Shown here: positions 41,913-53,701 of the stretch, one piece after another
Numbering within the stretch: position 1 is the first letter of the stretch
Layout of the letters: every line of letters starts with the position of its first letter
NCBI GenBank assembly: GCA_046563655.1
Contig: CM102285.1
Span: 2,170,001 to 2,234,000, forward strand
Direction: 5' to 3'
DNA: 64,000 bases
From: Yuukianura sp. NJ FZ-2021
Taxonomy: Eukaryota
The notes under the pieces: generated by a model
Told to the model about the DNA's origin: nothing
Databases searched by the model: none
What the model saw: the letters and a program-made list of their open reading frames with translations, nothing else
Program-made: the position numbers and the translations under genes

Positions 41913-43808
41913 TGTATCGAGCTTGCACTTTTTGACTTTTACGACAAACTTGGTTTGGCAGGAACAAACTGATTAGGACTCATGTTGTACATGTTACAAA
42001 AGTTCAAATATAGAACTTGTAAAACAAAACCTGATTTGATATTTCAGTATAGCTTTATTTGAACAAAAACTTACTTTGGAGAGGACGGTTTGGGTAGGTT
42101 ACATCCGAGTGCCTAGGTATTTTGCTAACCTGAAGTGTTAAGTTTCAATTCTAGATTTATTCAAAGTTTTAGTTTATTGGTTTATTCAAGCAAAATGGGC
42201 AGAGAGAAGATCAAAAGACAAAATCAGACTGTTTTTTAAAATGTGGAAGAAATGATATTTAAAGGCTTCTGAAACAATGTCAAGAAGTAAGAACAGTTAC
42301 AAGTTACTCCTCGAAAATATACATACAACAATGCGGGCCTTGAGTGGCCAAACGAAAAGAGAGATTCGACGGGCAATGTTCGAAATGGAAATAGGAATTC
42401 ATGGAAAGAGAACTGACTCATGAGTGAATCATAGTCCAAAGAGTTAAACTTAAAGTTAAAAAAATGTTATCTTCAACACGAAGTAAGTTTGATCCGAACT
42501 AAACTGAGTCCCAATTTCAACTCATTCTTACAGAGATGGTCTACTGTGCTTAAAGGAAGTCGGCAGAAAACAAAAGGATTTTTGAACTGACTTGAAACAG
42601 AATTCAAAAACAGGATGCTAACTTTATGGTTAGGTCAATTGACTTGACCTTAAGCTTTTAAGAAAACAGTGAAACTTAGCTTTAATTACACATCCTCTAC
42701 CATTCATTCTTTGAAAATGGCCGCCGGTCGCAACGACGGCAACCATCATGACCATAAGCTTTTCTGCAAACGTTTGAGGGTCCGAGAAGAAGCAGCGATT
42801 TGCCCTAAAAGCGTCGCTAATGTCCTAACTTTTGTCTATAATGATTTTGGGGTGATTTAAAAATAACTTTATTTAGGTTAACTTTAAAGCTGCAAAAAAG
42901 CTAATTGTAAAATTTAATCAAAAATAATTACTGTGACATCTGAATTAAACCGAAGAGTGAAAACTTCAAATCAGAGCGTCCCCGTCATTTTTAATTGGAA
43001 AGTGGGTTTACTGCAGATTTATTTTAAATTTCAAACTCAGTTACATTGTCGCTCAGCTTTACTTTTTTACAGTTTTTTACAAAACGCTTTACAATTATGA
43101 ATTATTATAATGATAATGAATCATATCAAAACTTGTAGCATTTCAAGTAGGAAACACGTTCCTCTTCATTCAAAAATGTTGTCTGCTTTAAGTCCTTCAG
43201 AGAAAATGTCTATAAAAATTTTAACGTTTCAAAAATAAACTTCAGCTAGCTAGCTTCAGCACCGGCGTGAAATTTTCCACTCTGAAGATTATGGCTTCTA
43301 GCCTTTTAGGCTTTTTCCGATTAGCTTTTCATATTTTGAGAAAAGTTTTAATTTCCATACAAAAGCCTTGTTTTTTTTTTTGCTCTGTGAGACTGGCATA
43401 TGTAGCCAGTCGCTTTATAGATTGAAAAAAAAATAGAAGCTGTTGGTAGGAACCATAAAAAAATTACAGGAGGTATACTACAGTCATAGCAAATATTATA
43501 TCACTGCCTATACTTCGTTAGTTTGATATTCACAATTCAAAGTTCAAATTTGTCCTACTGTATCTTATTTGTATTGCTATTTTTCCTAGCACAAAGTCAA
43601 CTTTGAGATCCACAACAAAACATGCAGCTTTGCTGGACGTGGACATGAATCATTTTTTTTGTCAGTGTCCGGGAAGGGAAAACAAGATCCCGCTATGTAG
43701 GAAATATGAAATTTCCATTTAATACATTACAATTTAATTACTCTCACCAGTAGCACGTTTCTGGGGTCAAACAAATTGAAAAAGTCACCAACTAAAAACA
43801 TCCCAGAA

Positions 43809-45058
43809 ATGTTCAATCAAGTGAGTAGACAAAAACACTCAAATTCCTGAGTTTTTCATTTTTTGAGTTTTCTAGTTTTACAAGTTCCCATTTTTTTGAC
43901 TTTATGTGCTTCTTGAAGCTCAGAGCGCTTTTAAAAAACGTGGCATTGGATGACTACTTTAAAAGCGATGGATACCTTTTGCGTTGGTTACAATGTATGG
44001 TACACATTTATATTCTAAATTATTTTATTAAAAAACAATTTGAAATTTGTTTTGGCATATTATGAATTCTTTCTAACTACTTCTTTAGATACAAACTTTG
44101 ACGTACCGAAGTCAGCAGTGGCATTGCGAAAAGTTAGTTGATTTTTTTTAAATATAAAGGAACTGTTGTTGATAAAACTGAGTCAAGTCAAAACTTTAAA
44201 ATTTTAGAGCCTCGAATGGAAGAAAAGCGTTGACTTGCAAGCAATTGCAGCCGAAGATTTCTCTGATCTCGTGGAAAGATTTCCTTTAGATTTGGTAGAA
44301 ACGGACAAACACGGTCGATTGGGTAGGTCAAACTTCAAACAATTTTTTTGCACAATTTTATTTACACTGAAATGGACATTTAAGTCAGAATTATTTCAAG
44401 AATTGATTTTAGTGTTGATGTTTAGTTGTGCAAGTTTTATTTCACAAATTTAATTGCAAGAACTTTGACTTTGTGAATCAATGGGATCGTTGCCTCCGTT
44501 TTGCCTGGTGGTATCAACTCCAAATTGAAAGTCGGATAAAGTCGCGTTACGAACTGTCTGGACAAATTGCATGTCAATATGTGGCTATCCTCGACTGCTG
44601 GAAGATGGGTGACTTTGCAAAACAAATTGGTTTAAAACGTATGGTTAAAGGTTAGTTTCAAAATTTGAAACAAAGTTTTAGAAATTTTCAAATTTAGTCT
44701 CTCACAACGACTTACGAAATTTTTTTTTTACAACAGCAATGCTACTGGCGAGGGAAATGGTATCCACAATCGAAAACAACTTTCCGCGCGGCATGGTTGT
44801 TAGTCATGTGATTAATGGTAAGATTTAATCTAACAATGACAATATTTAAGTAACGCTAACAAAATGTTAGGTTATATTTTTCGTTTTTTTATTAACTTAT
44901 TTTATTAAATTTGTGCAGCTCCCACGTTCTTCTTCTTGGTATACTCAGCCATAAAACCTTTCATTTCCACGGCAACTGTTGACACTTTTCGTCTCCATGG
45001 AAATCACAGTTCGTTCGACTGGCGTCATGAAGTACTCGGATCTCAATGCTTAAACTGA
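43809..45058 (+). CDS. CRAL-TRIO/SEC14-like protein, copy 3 (ancestral ATG mutated to AAG; next in-frame ATG used)
   Basis: Collinear paralog of copies 1 and 2; AAGTCACCAACTAAAAAC vs ATGTCATCAACTAAAGAC. Confidence 0.78.
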
Positions 45059-45456
45059 AACCTTCTTGTTAGAGTATTTTCGCTATCAAAATTATAATTC
45101 CGAATGAATGGTCAAGTCGTACTGACACACAGTGCCAGTAATAATTTTCGGTAAGTTAAATAATAGTTCCGACTTAACCTAATCTAAATCCTGCTACTAC
45201 ACAAACTTAACTGACCTAAGCTAACGCATAAAGTTAATTACGCATAATTACTGTGGTTACACCCGCATTAAGACAAGTGCAAAAATTAAATCAAAGGCGG
45301 CCCAGTAATTTTTTGCTTAGAAAGTGGTTTACTGCCGTTTTTTTTTAATTCCAAACCCAATTACATAGGAGCTCACCTTACGAAATTGTAAATTATTATA
45401 ATGATAATAAATTATACCAAAAGTTACAACATTTTATGTAGGATGCACGTTCCTCT

Positions 45457-46723
45457 TCACTTTGAAAAGAAGTTTTCAACTAAACCATAAAGTTCTTCAG
45501 GGAAAATGTCTTGAATCCAATGTGGAGCTTTAGGAATAACTTCCATTCTAAAAACAAAACAACAAACAGCGTTTTCAAAATTTAGAACAGTTAGTTAATG
45601 AAAAAAATTATAAATGAAGTTTTCTCACTTAGCATTTCTGATATGTTTTGTCAGGAAGTCCGAACACTTCCGAGTGATGACAGCGTCTCTACCACCGTAA
45701 ATAATTAGCACAGGAGCAGCGATTTGTTCTAATCCAGCAATCCATGCTGTTTGATCATTTTCAGCGGCAGAATACGATTTTGTAATTAAATCCATCCAGG
45801 TATGCCAGTCAGCTTCATACTGTTCATATGTACTGCCGTTCTCCTTGATCATTTCTTGTAGAAACTGAGTATTTGTGTTTTTCAAATCTCGAAACCCTGA
45901 AATTATTGAAATTTCAAGTTTCTCATAGCAAACTTTTTCGAAATGTAAACTCAAAACGTTCTCACATTGATGTGCTTTCAAATCCGCTTCATCCATCATA
46001 TCAAATGCTCCCCAAATGACAACTTTTTCAACCAGTTCTGGATAGGCTTTTGTGAATAAGAGAGCCATTTGAGCTCCAGCACTCCATCCCATGATGTGAT
46101 ATTTTGCATGTCCAAGAGTCTAAAGACATTTAAATAAAATAAGTTAACAATTTAAATAATTTATTTAGAATTGTTGTGAAGATTACCTTGAGAAATTCAG
46201 CGCAGATTTCAATTTCTTTTTCAAACGAGTAGTCATCATGTCGTCTAGTGGGTGGTTGACTCATGAAGTAGCCTGAAATTTTATTAAACGCAGAAACTTT
46301 AATTTTTTTTTTTTTTTGAATTTTTATAATATTTGAGTTTTACGTCTTTGATTGATTCTAATCTAATTACTTTGCGTTTACCTGGTTGATCCCAAGAGTA
46401 GAACGTAAACTGGTCACCATTCTTGTTGAATTTCTCCAGCAAATTTTTGTACGCAACTCGATAGGAACCTAATAATTTATCAGATGATTAGGAACGAATT
46501 CAAAATTTTACATCCAGGACAATTAAAAAGTTACTATTTCAGGATTTTGGAACTACTGACTTTATAATTTTTGTTTCATAAAAATTTCATGTTTTGTTTT
46601 TTTTAGGTCTTGTAACTTACCCATTAATCCTGGAAATCCAAAGACAATGTTTGGTCCATTTCCAATCTTGACGTAGTGGATGTTGTAGCCTATCACTTGT
46701 GTTTTTGCAGTGTCAAATTCCAT
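45457..46723 (-). CDS. Alpha/beta hydrolase, valacyclovir hydrolase (BPHL)-like, multi-exon
   Basis: IHYVKIGNGPNIVFGFPGLMG, SWDQPGY..SQPPTR, nucleophile GWSAG, PVLIIYGGRD (Asp), PKAPHW (His). Confidence 0.85.
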
Positions 46724-47407
46724 GATGACGATGTTAGATCTCGGTTCCTCCGGGAGGAGACTCTGAATTTATAATTTTTGAATTACAAATAAAATGAAGG
46801 TTAACTTCGGCTATGAACTTGACAGAAGCTCAAAGGTGTGTTGGAATTGACCTTGAGAACAGAAATGAAAACAAACCCAACTAAAACCAGTTTCAAATGG
46901 GTAATCTATTTCTAATTTGGTTTATCGTTTACTTCAAAACTTCAGTTGGAAAAAAAATCCATTTGTTGCTCAGAAAGACGTTTCAACTCAAAGTGCATAG
47001 CTTTACGTCTGCTTTTGTTATAAATAGAAGGGGTAACATTGTTGGCAAGACCTTCCAAGATTGGATTTTAAAAATTTAAGCAAAAATAGAATAAAATGCA
47101 TAAGAATATAAAACTTTACCTATTAACTACTATAACCTATTAAAAATTTCTTTTCTTATTGGCGTTGGATATACTTTTTAAAATTTCTGTTGAAACAGTA
47201 TATACTTCTTTAAAATTTCAGAATTAACAAATTTCATACATCAAATTCAAATTGTGTCTAGGTGAAGCATTAACCTAAATAGAGTATAAGCATCGTCTAA
47301 CTTTTAAATTAAACATTTCAAAAGTTTAACATAATTTTTCAATTGTAACTTTAATGTCAGTTAATTATTTCTAACCTATATGAGTCTATTAGTTGCTATA
47401 TTGGATG

Positions 47408-48701
47408 TTAGAAAGCAGCGGCAGCAACACTATTGCAGTACACTGGCTTGCAGTAGCCTTCTGCTGTGTAATTGTAACCCATTTTGCATACGCATTGCCC
47501 ATCAAACTCTTGCAAATGCTGTTCACAAAATGCGCCGTCGACGCAATGCTGATCCGCCAATGCCACTACTGAAATCTCAGCCTCTGCTCGAGCATTCGGA
47601 TCGTATCGCTTCAAATTACATTTGGAACCGACCAATCCCACGCAGTGACGCAGTTTGGCATGGAAAACAGTGCTGGAATCTGGACAATCGCAAAAGCCAT
47701 CTCGACATTCCAAATCACCTGGACAAGAGTCTCCGCCAAAGAATGGTGCGGCTCCTATTAAAAATTGAAACAATCCAAACGTTAAAGACAAACCTTGAGT
47801 TTTTTGTCGAACGTAATCTGAACGTGTGTCTGTTGTAGAAATTGTTCGATACGAAAAATTGAGTTGTTCATAAAAATTTGAATTTACCGCCGTAAGTACA
47901 CGGACTGCCAATAGTTGTTCCTTTTTCACACTTTCTGTCCGGAGTTGCCAAAAATCCAGCATCGCATGCGCATTGGTTTTTGCCCGAATTTGAATTAAAG
48001 ACGCAAATGCTGTTCTCCACACAGTCTGAATCGGAAGAGCAAAAAGCATGAATTTTACCGAGACATGTTTGACTTTCCCTTTCGAATTCTTGATTTGCAG
48101 CATCCGGACATTTACATTCTCCACTGACACATACAAGTCCATCTGCACATGGCATGACCAAAGTACACCGATTGTTGTGAATTGCACCGCATCTTCCATT
48201 TGTTTTTTGATTAAATCCTTTGTTACATGAGCACATTCCAGAAATACAGGTAGAGTGACTGACACAATGTCCCTCTGGATTACATTTCTGACCCGCCAAT
48301 CCTGCACATTGATTCACAACATCGGTAGTCCATGACTCGTTCTTAACCAGAACGAAACCGTGTGATCGATCTCTGTTACCACGCAGCCACTTTCCGCTGA
48401 TGTACCGGTTTGGTCCGTACTTCGGACGGTACATTGCAGTTCCTCCCCATGTAACTCGTTCACTAATTTCAACTTCCTGTTCGTTCACAACAACATGGTC
48501 TACCGTACCTTTGTACAGCGAAGTAGCAGGGTCGCATCCACATGCTCCGTTGACGCATGTCAGAAACGCGCCGTCATATTGACATTCGTCATCACGTGCG
48601 CACGGTTCTGAAAAGTTTTTAAGTCTCTCACAGTATGAATCTTCAACAACACCACCAACTAAAAATACTACCACCACAACAACCTTACTGTGTAATTTCA
48701 T
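47408..48701 (-). CDS. Secreted Cys-rich EB-module/EGF-like repeat protein
   Basis: Signal peptide MKLHSKVVVVVVFLVGG; repeated C..D..C.....C....C.C modules across two ORFs joined by short introns. Confidence 0.8.
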
Positions 48702-48865
48702 TTTTGCTAATAGAAATTGTGGCTTAGATTGTTCAAAATTTTTAAGTTAGCGCTTCAAGTAGGACGACTGTTATAAAAATGTAAAAGTTAAGAGGGAAAG
48801 TTGATGACTTACAACTGAAAATTTTTCAAGCGTCTCTGATAAAAACCATTGGCACTGACCTCATC

Positions 48866-49162
48866 AAGGTTCCTTGACAACGAAAAGTTGTTGTTTTGTT
48901 TGTTTTTCGTTAACAGGTTGGGTACTACCTCGCTAGTTGACAAAAAAAAACGGAAAAAAAAATTAATACCAATTTAGTACCAATCCAAGAAATTGATACT
49001 AATTCGTATGTAAAAATTTAAAAAAATGGCTCCATTGCTATGACTACGATGTACTCAAACGAAAATGGAAAATTTTCGGCAGAATCGCGAAAACATGAGG
49101 TAGTACCCAACCTGTTGATGAAAAACAAACAAAACAACAACTTTTCGTTGTCAAGGAACCTT
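48866..49162. mobile_element. MITE with ~65-bp TIRs
   Basis: AAGGTTCCTTGACAACGAAAAGTTGTTGTTTTGTTTG...GGTACTACCTC / GAGGTAGTACCCAACC...CAAACAAAACAACAACTTTTCGTTGTCAAGGAACCTT. Confidence 0.85.
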
Positions 49163-49591
49163 AGACCCCATAGTAAATATGAAGGTTTTGATGTATTCAA
49201 GTTCCCATATCTTCTCAGGTCAACTAGAGTCAAGTATCAGGAAAACAAGGAACTATGGAAGTGTGATTGGCGATACCTGTTTTTTTTTATCAAAAGCTTT
49301 CACAAATACTATTTTTCAAAAGTTCGTGTTTGCATGAAATCTCATCCTAAAAGCACAAATCTTTGTTTTTAGCAAAGCCATTTCTCAACACAAGGTAACA
49401 CCAAAAACAGCCGGAATAAAGCAAAACTGCATGGTAAAGCTAAACCAACAGTAGCAGTTTGGGGTTTGCTTCAGTTTCTATCTATCCTAACACCAATTCA
49501 TAGTGAAGAACAAAAGTTTTTCTATTTTTACCGTTTCGGTATTACATTTTTATAATTTATCTTGTTTCAATAGAAGTTGCATAGCCAAGTA

Positions 49592-49981
49592 ATGGAGGAC
49601 GACAACATTTGCTGGTAAGCAACGCTTTGTCTTTATGACTAATTATTTTAGTGTATCATATATATACGTATTTCTATATATTATAGTTACACAATATATG
49701 TATAACCTAATATAGTATTTAACGAATTGACTCATGACCTCAACAGACTTAAACTAGTTGATTTGAATTATCAAATTAGGAATAAGGCTTCAGCTTCACA
49801 AGGCCGAGTGGTCGAAGGACGTAGCGAGAAGAGTAGACCCGATAAACATGTTCGCCGGACCGGCAATAGTTGTGGGGAAAGCAGCAATACTTCCCGCAGT
49901 GGTGGCGGAAGCACCAATACGAGCAACGGAAGCAGCAATACAAAAAGCAATAACAATGGGCGCCAAACCAGTAAAAAGTGA
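49592..49981 (+). CDS. Putative small two-exon Ser/Asn/Gly-rich basic protein
   Basis: ATG..tgctg|gtaagc donor and aaattag|g acceptor join in frame to ORF 49727-49981; no recognisable domain. Confidence 0.35.
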
Positions 49982-50815
49982 CGACAAAAGACATAACAGT
50001 GGCGGCAAAAGCAGTACCAATGACGGCGGTGGTTCGTTTGGATGTGTTCCAGGGATTTACAAATACGAACTCCATAATCGTTAATTATAATTCAATTTTC
50101 ATTTCTTTCTCAAGTTATGAAATTAGAACTGATTTTTCTCCAGAAATTGTATCAAGTATTCATATTTGAATGTGATTCAAATATAATATTATTCATTGAA
50201 ATAACTTCGAGTAGTAGTCCGACTGTAAAAGTGGTTTGGCCACATTGAAGTCATACGTCGTCGTTTGAGTAGTTTTACTACAAAGCTCTCCTTGCAGTTT
50301 CACCATCAACGTTGAAAGGCAAATCGCAGGCAGGAATTGTGACGCCAGCAATCACTTGGTGGTGTGACATAAAATTTATGTTGAAAGCAAAAGCACAATT
50401 TAGCTTTAGCTTTAAATTAAGAGAGAAGTCAATAAAATAGTGCAAGCGAAGCACGATTTTTGTGGGTTAGATTTCATACCCATTGTATTTCTTTTTTTTT
50501 TGTTTGGTGGAGTGAGTGCAGCTGAATATTGTGTTATGAAAACCACAATAAACGGCATGTATTCCGACAGTTTTTGTTTTGTACTCATTCGAGACGGAGG
50601 TTTGTAGCAATTAGCAAACAGTTTCAACGGTGGATATAGAATTCATATTGCGTTTAGTAACCTAATGTACTCCGATTAGTTTTCACAATCCTCATAGCAT
50701 GCGTAGAAAAGCGTTTTCGAGAAAGATTTCAAATAAACTTACTCTTTTCTTAAATTTTTAGTTTTGAGAGTAGGCGAATTATTTAGTGATTTGAACGTTG
50801 AACTTGCGACGCACC

Positions 50816-51063
50816 ATGGAACCAAACACTACTGGCTCAGGAGGTGGTGGCCAAGCAGCTCCACGTGATCTCCGCGAGACATTGTAAGTTAAACAAGGAA
50901 TGTCATAACAATTGCTCTAGGGTAATTAAATTTTCATTTTTAACAACAATATTTGTATTAAATTTTCTTTTGAAACAATATTTCTTGATTAATGAAATGG
51001 AATAGTAACTTCGCTCCCAAGCAACACCCGCCAACGCAGGGGAAACCGAAAACAACAAAATGA
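50816..51063 (+). CDS. Putative 41-aa two-exon microprotein
   Basis: caccATGG context; tt|gtaagt...aatag|t gives MEPNTTGSGGGGQAAPRDLRETFNFAPKQHPPTQGKPKTTK*. Confidence 0.4.
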
Positions 51064-51881
51064 GGAAGAGGACAAACCTCACATATGGCAGACTGACTTC
51101 GGAGCAATTTTAGTTGAAGGAATTTAGAAGCTTTAGAAATTTTTTCGTATTCATCGTTAATTATACATCAATGTAACTTAAGATAATTGAAACACAAATT
51201 TTGGAATTTTTAATTTATACTAAACTAAATTCTAGAATAAATAAAATATTCAAATTTTTGTCTGCTTGGAAATAAATATTCCCCACTTTACCAGACATGT
51301 TCGACCATCCACAGCCATATCAGGTTGACAAAGTCCATCCAGGCTGAATTCTTGTTCACATGCGCATTGACTTGAAAAACAAAATCGATTTATTGTACTA
51401 ACTGCTCTATCGACACATCTTTGACAGGCTGAGCACATCTTGAACTCACGCACCAAACATTGCCGAACTTTTGTCTGGAAAACGGTTTTTTTTACTAAGA
51501 ATTTATGATTGCATCAATGACAAACATTAGACTTATTTGCATTGTCAAAACCCAACATTGTGAAATCGGTAAACAGAATTTTGATTTTCACGCACAATTG
51601 TTACTAACCTCACCTACAGAAGCAGTGACGCGAATACTCGATTGGTGGCGTGAAAGTAAGCAAGCGATTGAAGTTTACCTTTGCATTCTCAGGAAGTGTA
51701 ACAATGAATCTCAGCAGTCCAAACAATTTTGTTTGTTTTGATTTCGTTAAAAAAACCCAACGAATCTTATACTTTATTTTTGCATTTGGGTCTTGTGTCA
51801 TTTAGTATTTATTCGTGAACAGAACTGTTGCATTGTCCTACGCTGATTTTGTTTTATTGGAATTGAAATTTTGGAGACACC

Positions 51882-52223
51882 ATGAATCCCAGCATTGCGC
51901 CACCACGATCGAATCCGGATTCCCGGCTTCAAGGGTACATGTCAAACGACTGTTCCAAAAATTTATTTCTAAAATAGCGTACTAATTTAACTAATCCTTT
52001 TTCTAATTCTAATTGTCGATTGAACTTAATAAATGTTTTTTTGACAATTAGCATGTATAGGGTCTTCCCGAGGTTCATTCCAAAGCAAAACCTTCCAACT
52101 CAAGGAATACCAATACCAATGCCAAAGCCACGCCTCACGCCGAAACCACCACAACCTGAACCGAAGACTGGAAAATTCGGAGAAATTCTTTATAGAATTA
52201 TCTTACGATCTCATCGGAAATGA
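51882..52223 (+). CDS. Putative small two-exon Pro-rich protein, paralog of 50816
   Basis: caccATG; gg|gtacat...gtatag|g gives MNPSIAPPRSNPDSRLQGVFPRFIPKQNLPTQGIPIPMPKP... Confidence 0.4.
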
Positions 52224-52742
52224 AATTTGGTGGAAAGAGTTTAGTTTCAAAAAAAAATTAAACATGTTTCACACACAACGTATCTTACGATGTGTTTATT
52301 TATCCCAATATGTCTGAATCAAAATTAAAGCAGTTATTTCAATTCTTTTATATTCAAATCCACATTAAATTTGTTTCCTCGACTATGCCGATGTGTTTCT
52401 CAAGCCAACACTATCAGCTAGTGAATTTTACTTTATTTTGAGCATCGAATCTTCACATATTAGCATCTTTGTGTGAATTACTTAAGTCCTAATTATGCGC
52501 ATGGCCCAATTCGCGCAAGTATTACGAACCATACATCGAGGTGCATAGCTATTTTAATTATTCTTAAAAGTCAAATAGCACGCAGTTTACACCTATAATT
52601 GTCCTAGACTAAAAGACTTTCGTTTGACGATGAGAGTGCTGCCATTTGTACACCAAAGCCAGTACTACACTATTGGCTATTTACAATAATCTTTTTTCGA
52701 AATTTTTTTTTATCGAAAACGTCTTTCCCTACTTTTTCTACA

Positions 52743-53450
52743 ATGAAAGTAGTTTGTTGCCTTAGTATAGTAAATGGTGCTTCTACTTCACTGTTTTTGT
52801 TAGCAATTCTTTGCGTATGCGCTGACACTAACTACGCTAGTCGTTCCAGTGCATTTCAAAATCAGAGATTAAATACTTATAAATACCAGCAGAAAAAGAA
52901 CATTTTTGGATCCCAAGACAGATCGAAATTTGGTCATGATAGTTCAATCAGTTCAGTTATTTCCAAAGGTCATCGACCTGCACATTCCAGTTGGCGCGGA
53001 GTGTATTCCGATCCAGTGCTTTTCAGACCCCCACTGGGCCAGATGAAAGTAGACAACTTCCAAAGGCTGGGCAAGTATTGTAGTTTAAATTAATATTTTA
53101 CTCAGAAAAGTTACTATGAAACCTTATTTTACTTAAATTTCTACATATTTATATGAAGCTTTAACTTACTATCGTTGTACGATGTTTTTTTGTTACTTTT
53201 AGACATGGAAGTAAAACCAATTTCACGTGAGTGGAGAACGACACAATTAAAGCGACAAATGGAGGAAGCCAGACCGCAAAGTTCGGAGAATTCTGAATTT
53301 GCGCGATTATTACTGCATGTGTTTCCTTTCTACATTCCAGTCATCTTCATCCCTGTTATGGTCACCACAAGTTTAGTACTGATACTTACGACCCAACTGT
53401 ATTACAATGACGTTAAACCAGATTCCACACCAGATACCAGGAAGTTTTGA
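52743..53450 (+). CDS. Small protein with N-terminal hydrophobic leader and C-terminal TM segment (2 exons, probable GC donor)
   Basis: LFLLAILCVCA leader; g|gcaagt ... ttttag|ac join; TM LLLHVFPFYIPVIFIPVMVTTSLVLIL. Confidence 0.5.
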
Positions 53451-53701
53451 TTACACCTACACAATATCATCGACTTGAAAAATGTCCAGCCAAAAAGACC
53501 AAATTCGGTTTTAATTTAAAACAAATAAAAATTGTATGTAAAAAAAAATTCTTCCAAAGATTTTCGAATTTATGGAGCAAAGTACAGTTGTATGGCCAAA
53601 AAGTAAACTTAACTTGGAGTCGTAAAGTCTTATATTTATCACTTTTGAATATGCATAAAGTTAAGTCAATTTTATAACAAATCCCACTTTAGACTCTATT
53701 C

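Larger units (their letters stand above)
36622..42830. mobile_element. 6.2-kb TIR element with AG...CT termini (old non-autonomous, Maverick/Polinton-like ends) carrying decayed spliced genes
   Basis: 120-bp ungapped TIRs 36622-36741 / 42711-42830, about 22 mismatches by my count; flanks ATTGTG / TTTGTC; the paralogous empty site downstream of SEC14 copy 1 reads CACTTTGTCTACAATAATTTT. Confidence 0.8.

Noticed and set aside
41725-41967. 80-aa ORF upstream of the SET fragment as its first exon
   Set aside because: Runs across the TIR and TSD into flanking DNA, so it is a chance ORF
51250-51801. Cys-rich minus-strand exon-like pieces
   Set aside because: I could not assemble a stop-free gene; possibly a decayed EB-module gene, too uncertain to list as a feature
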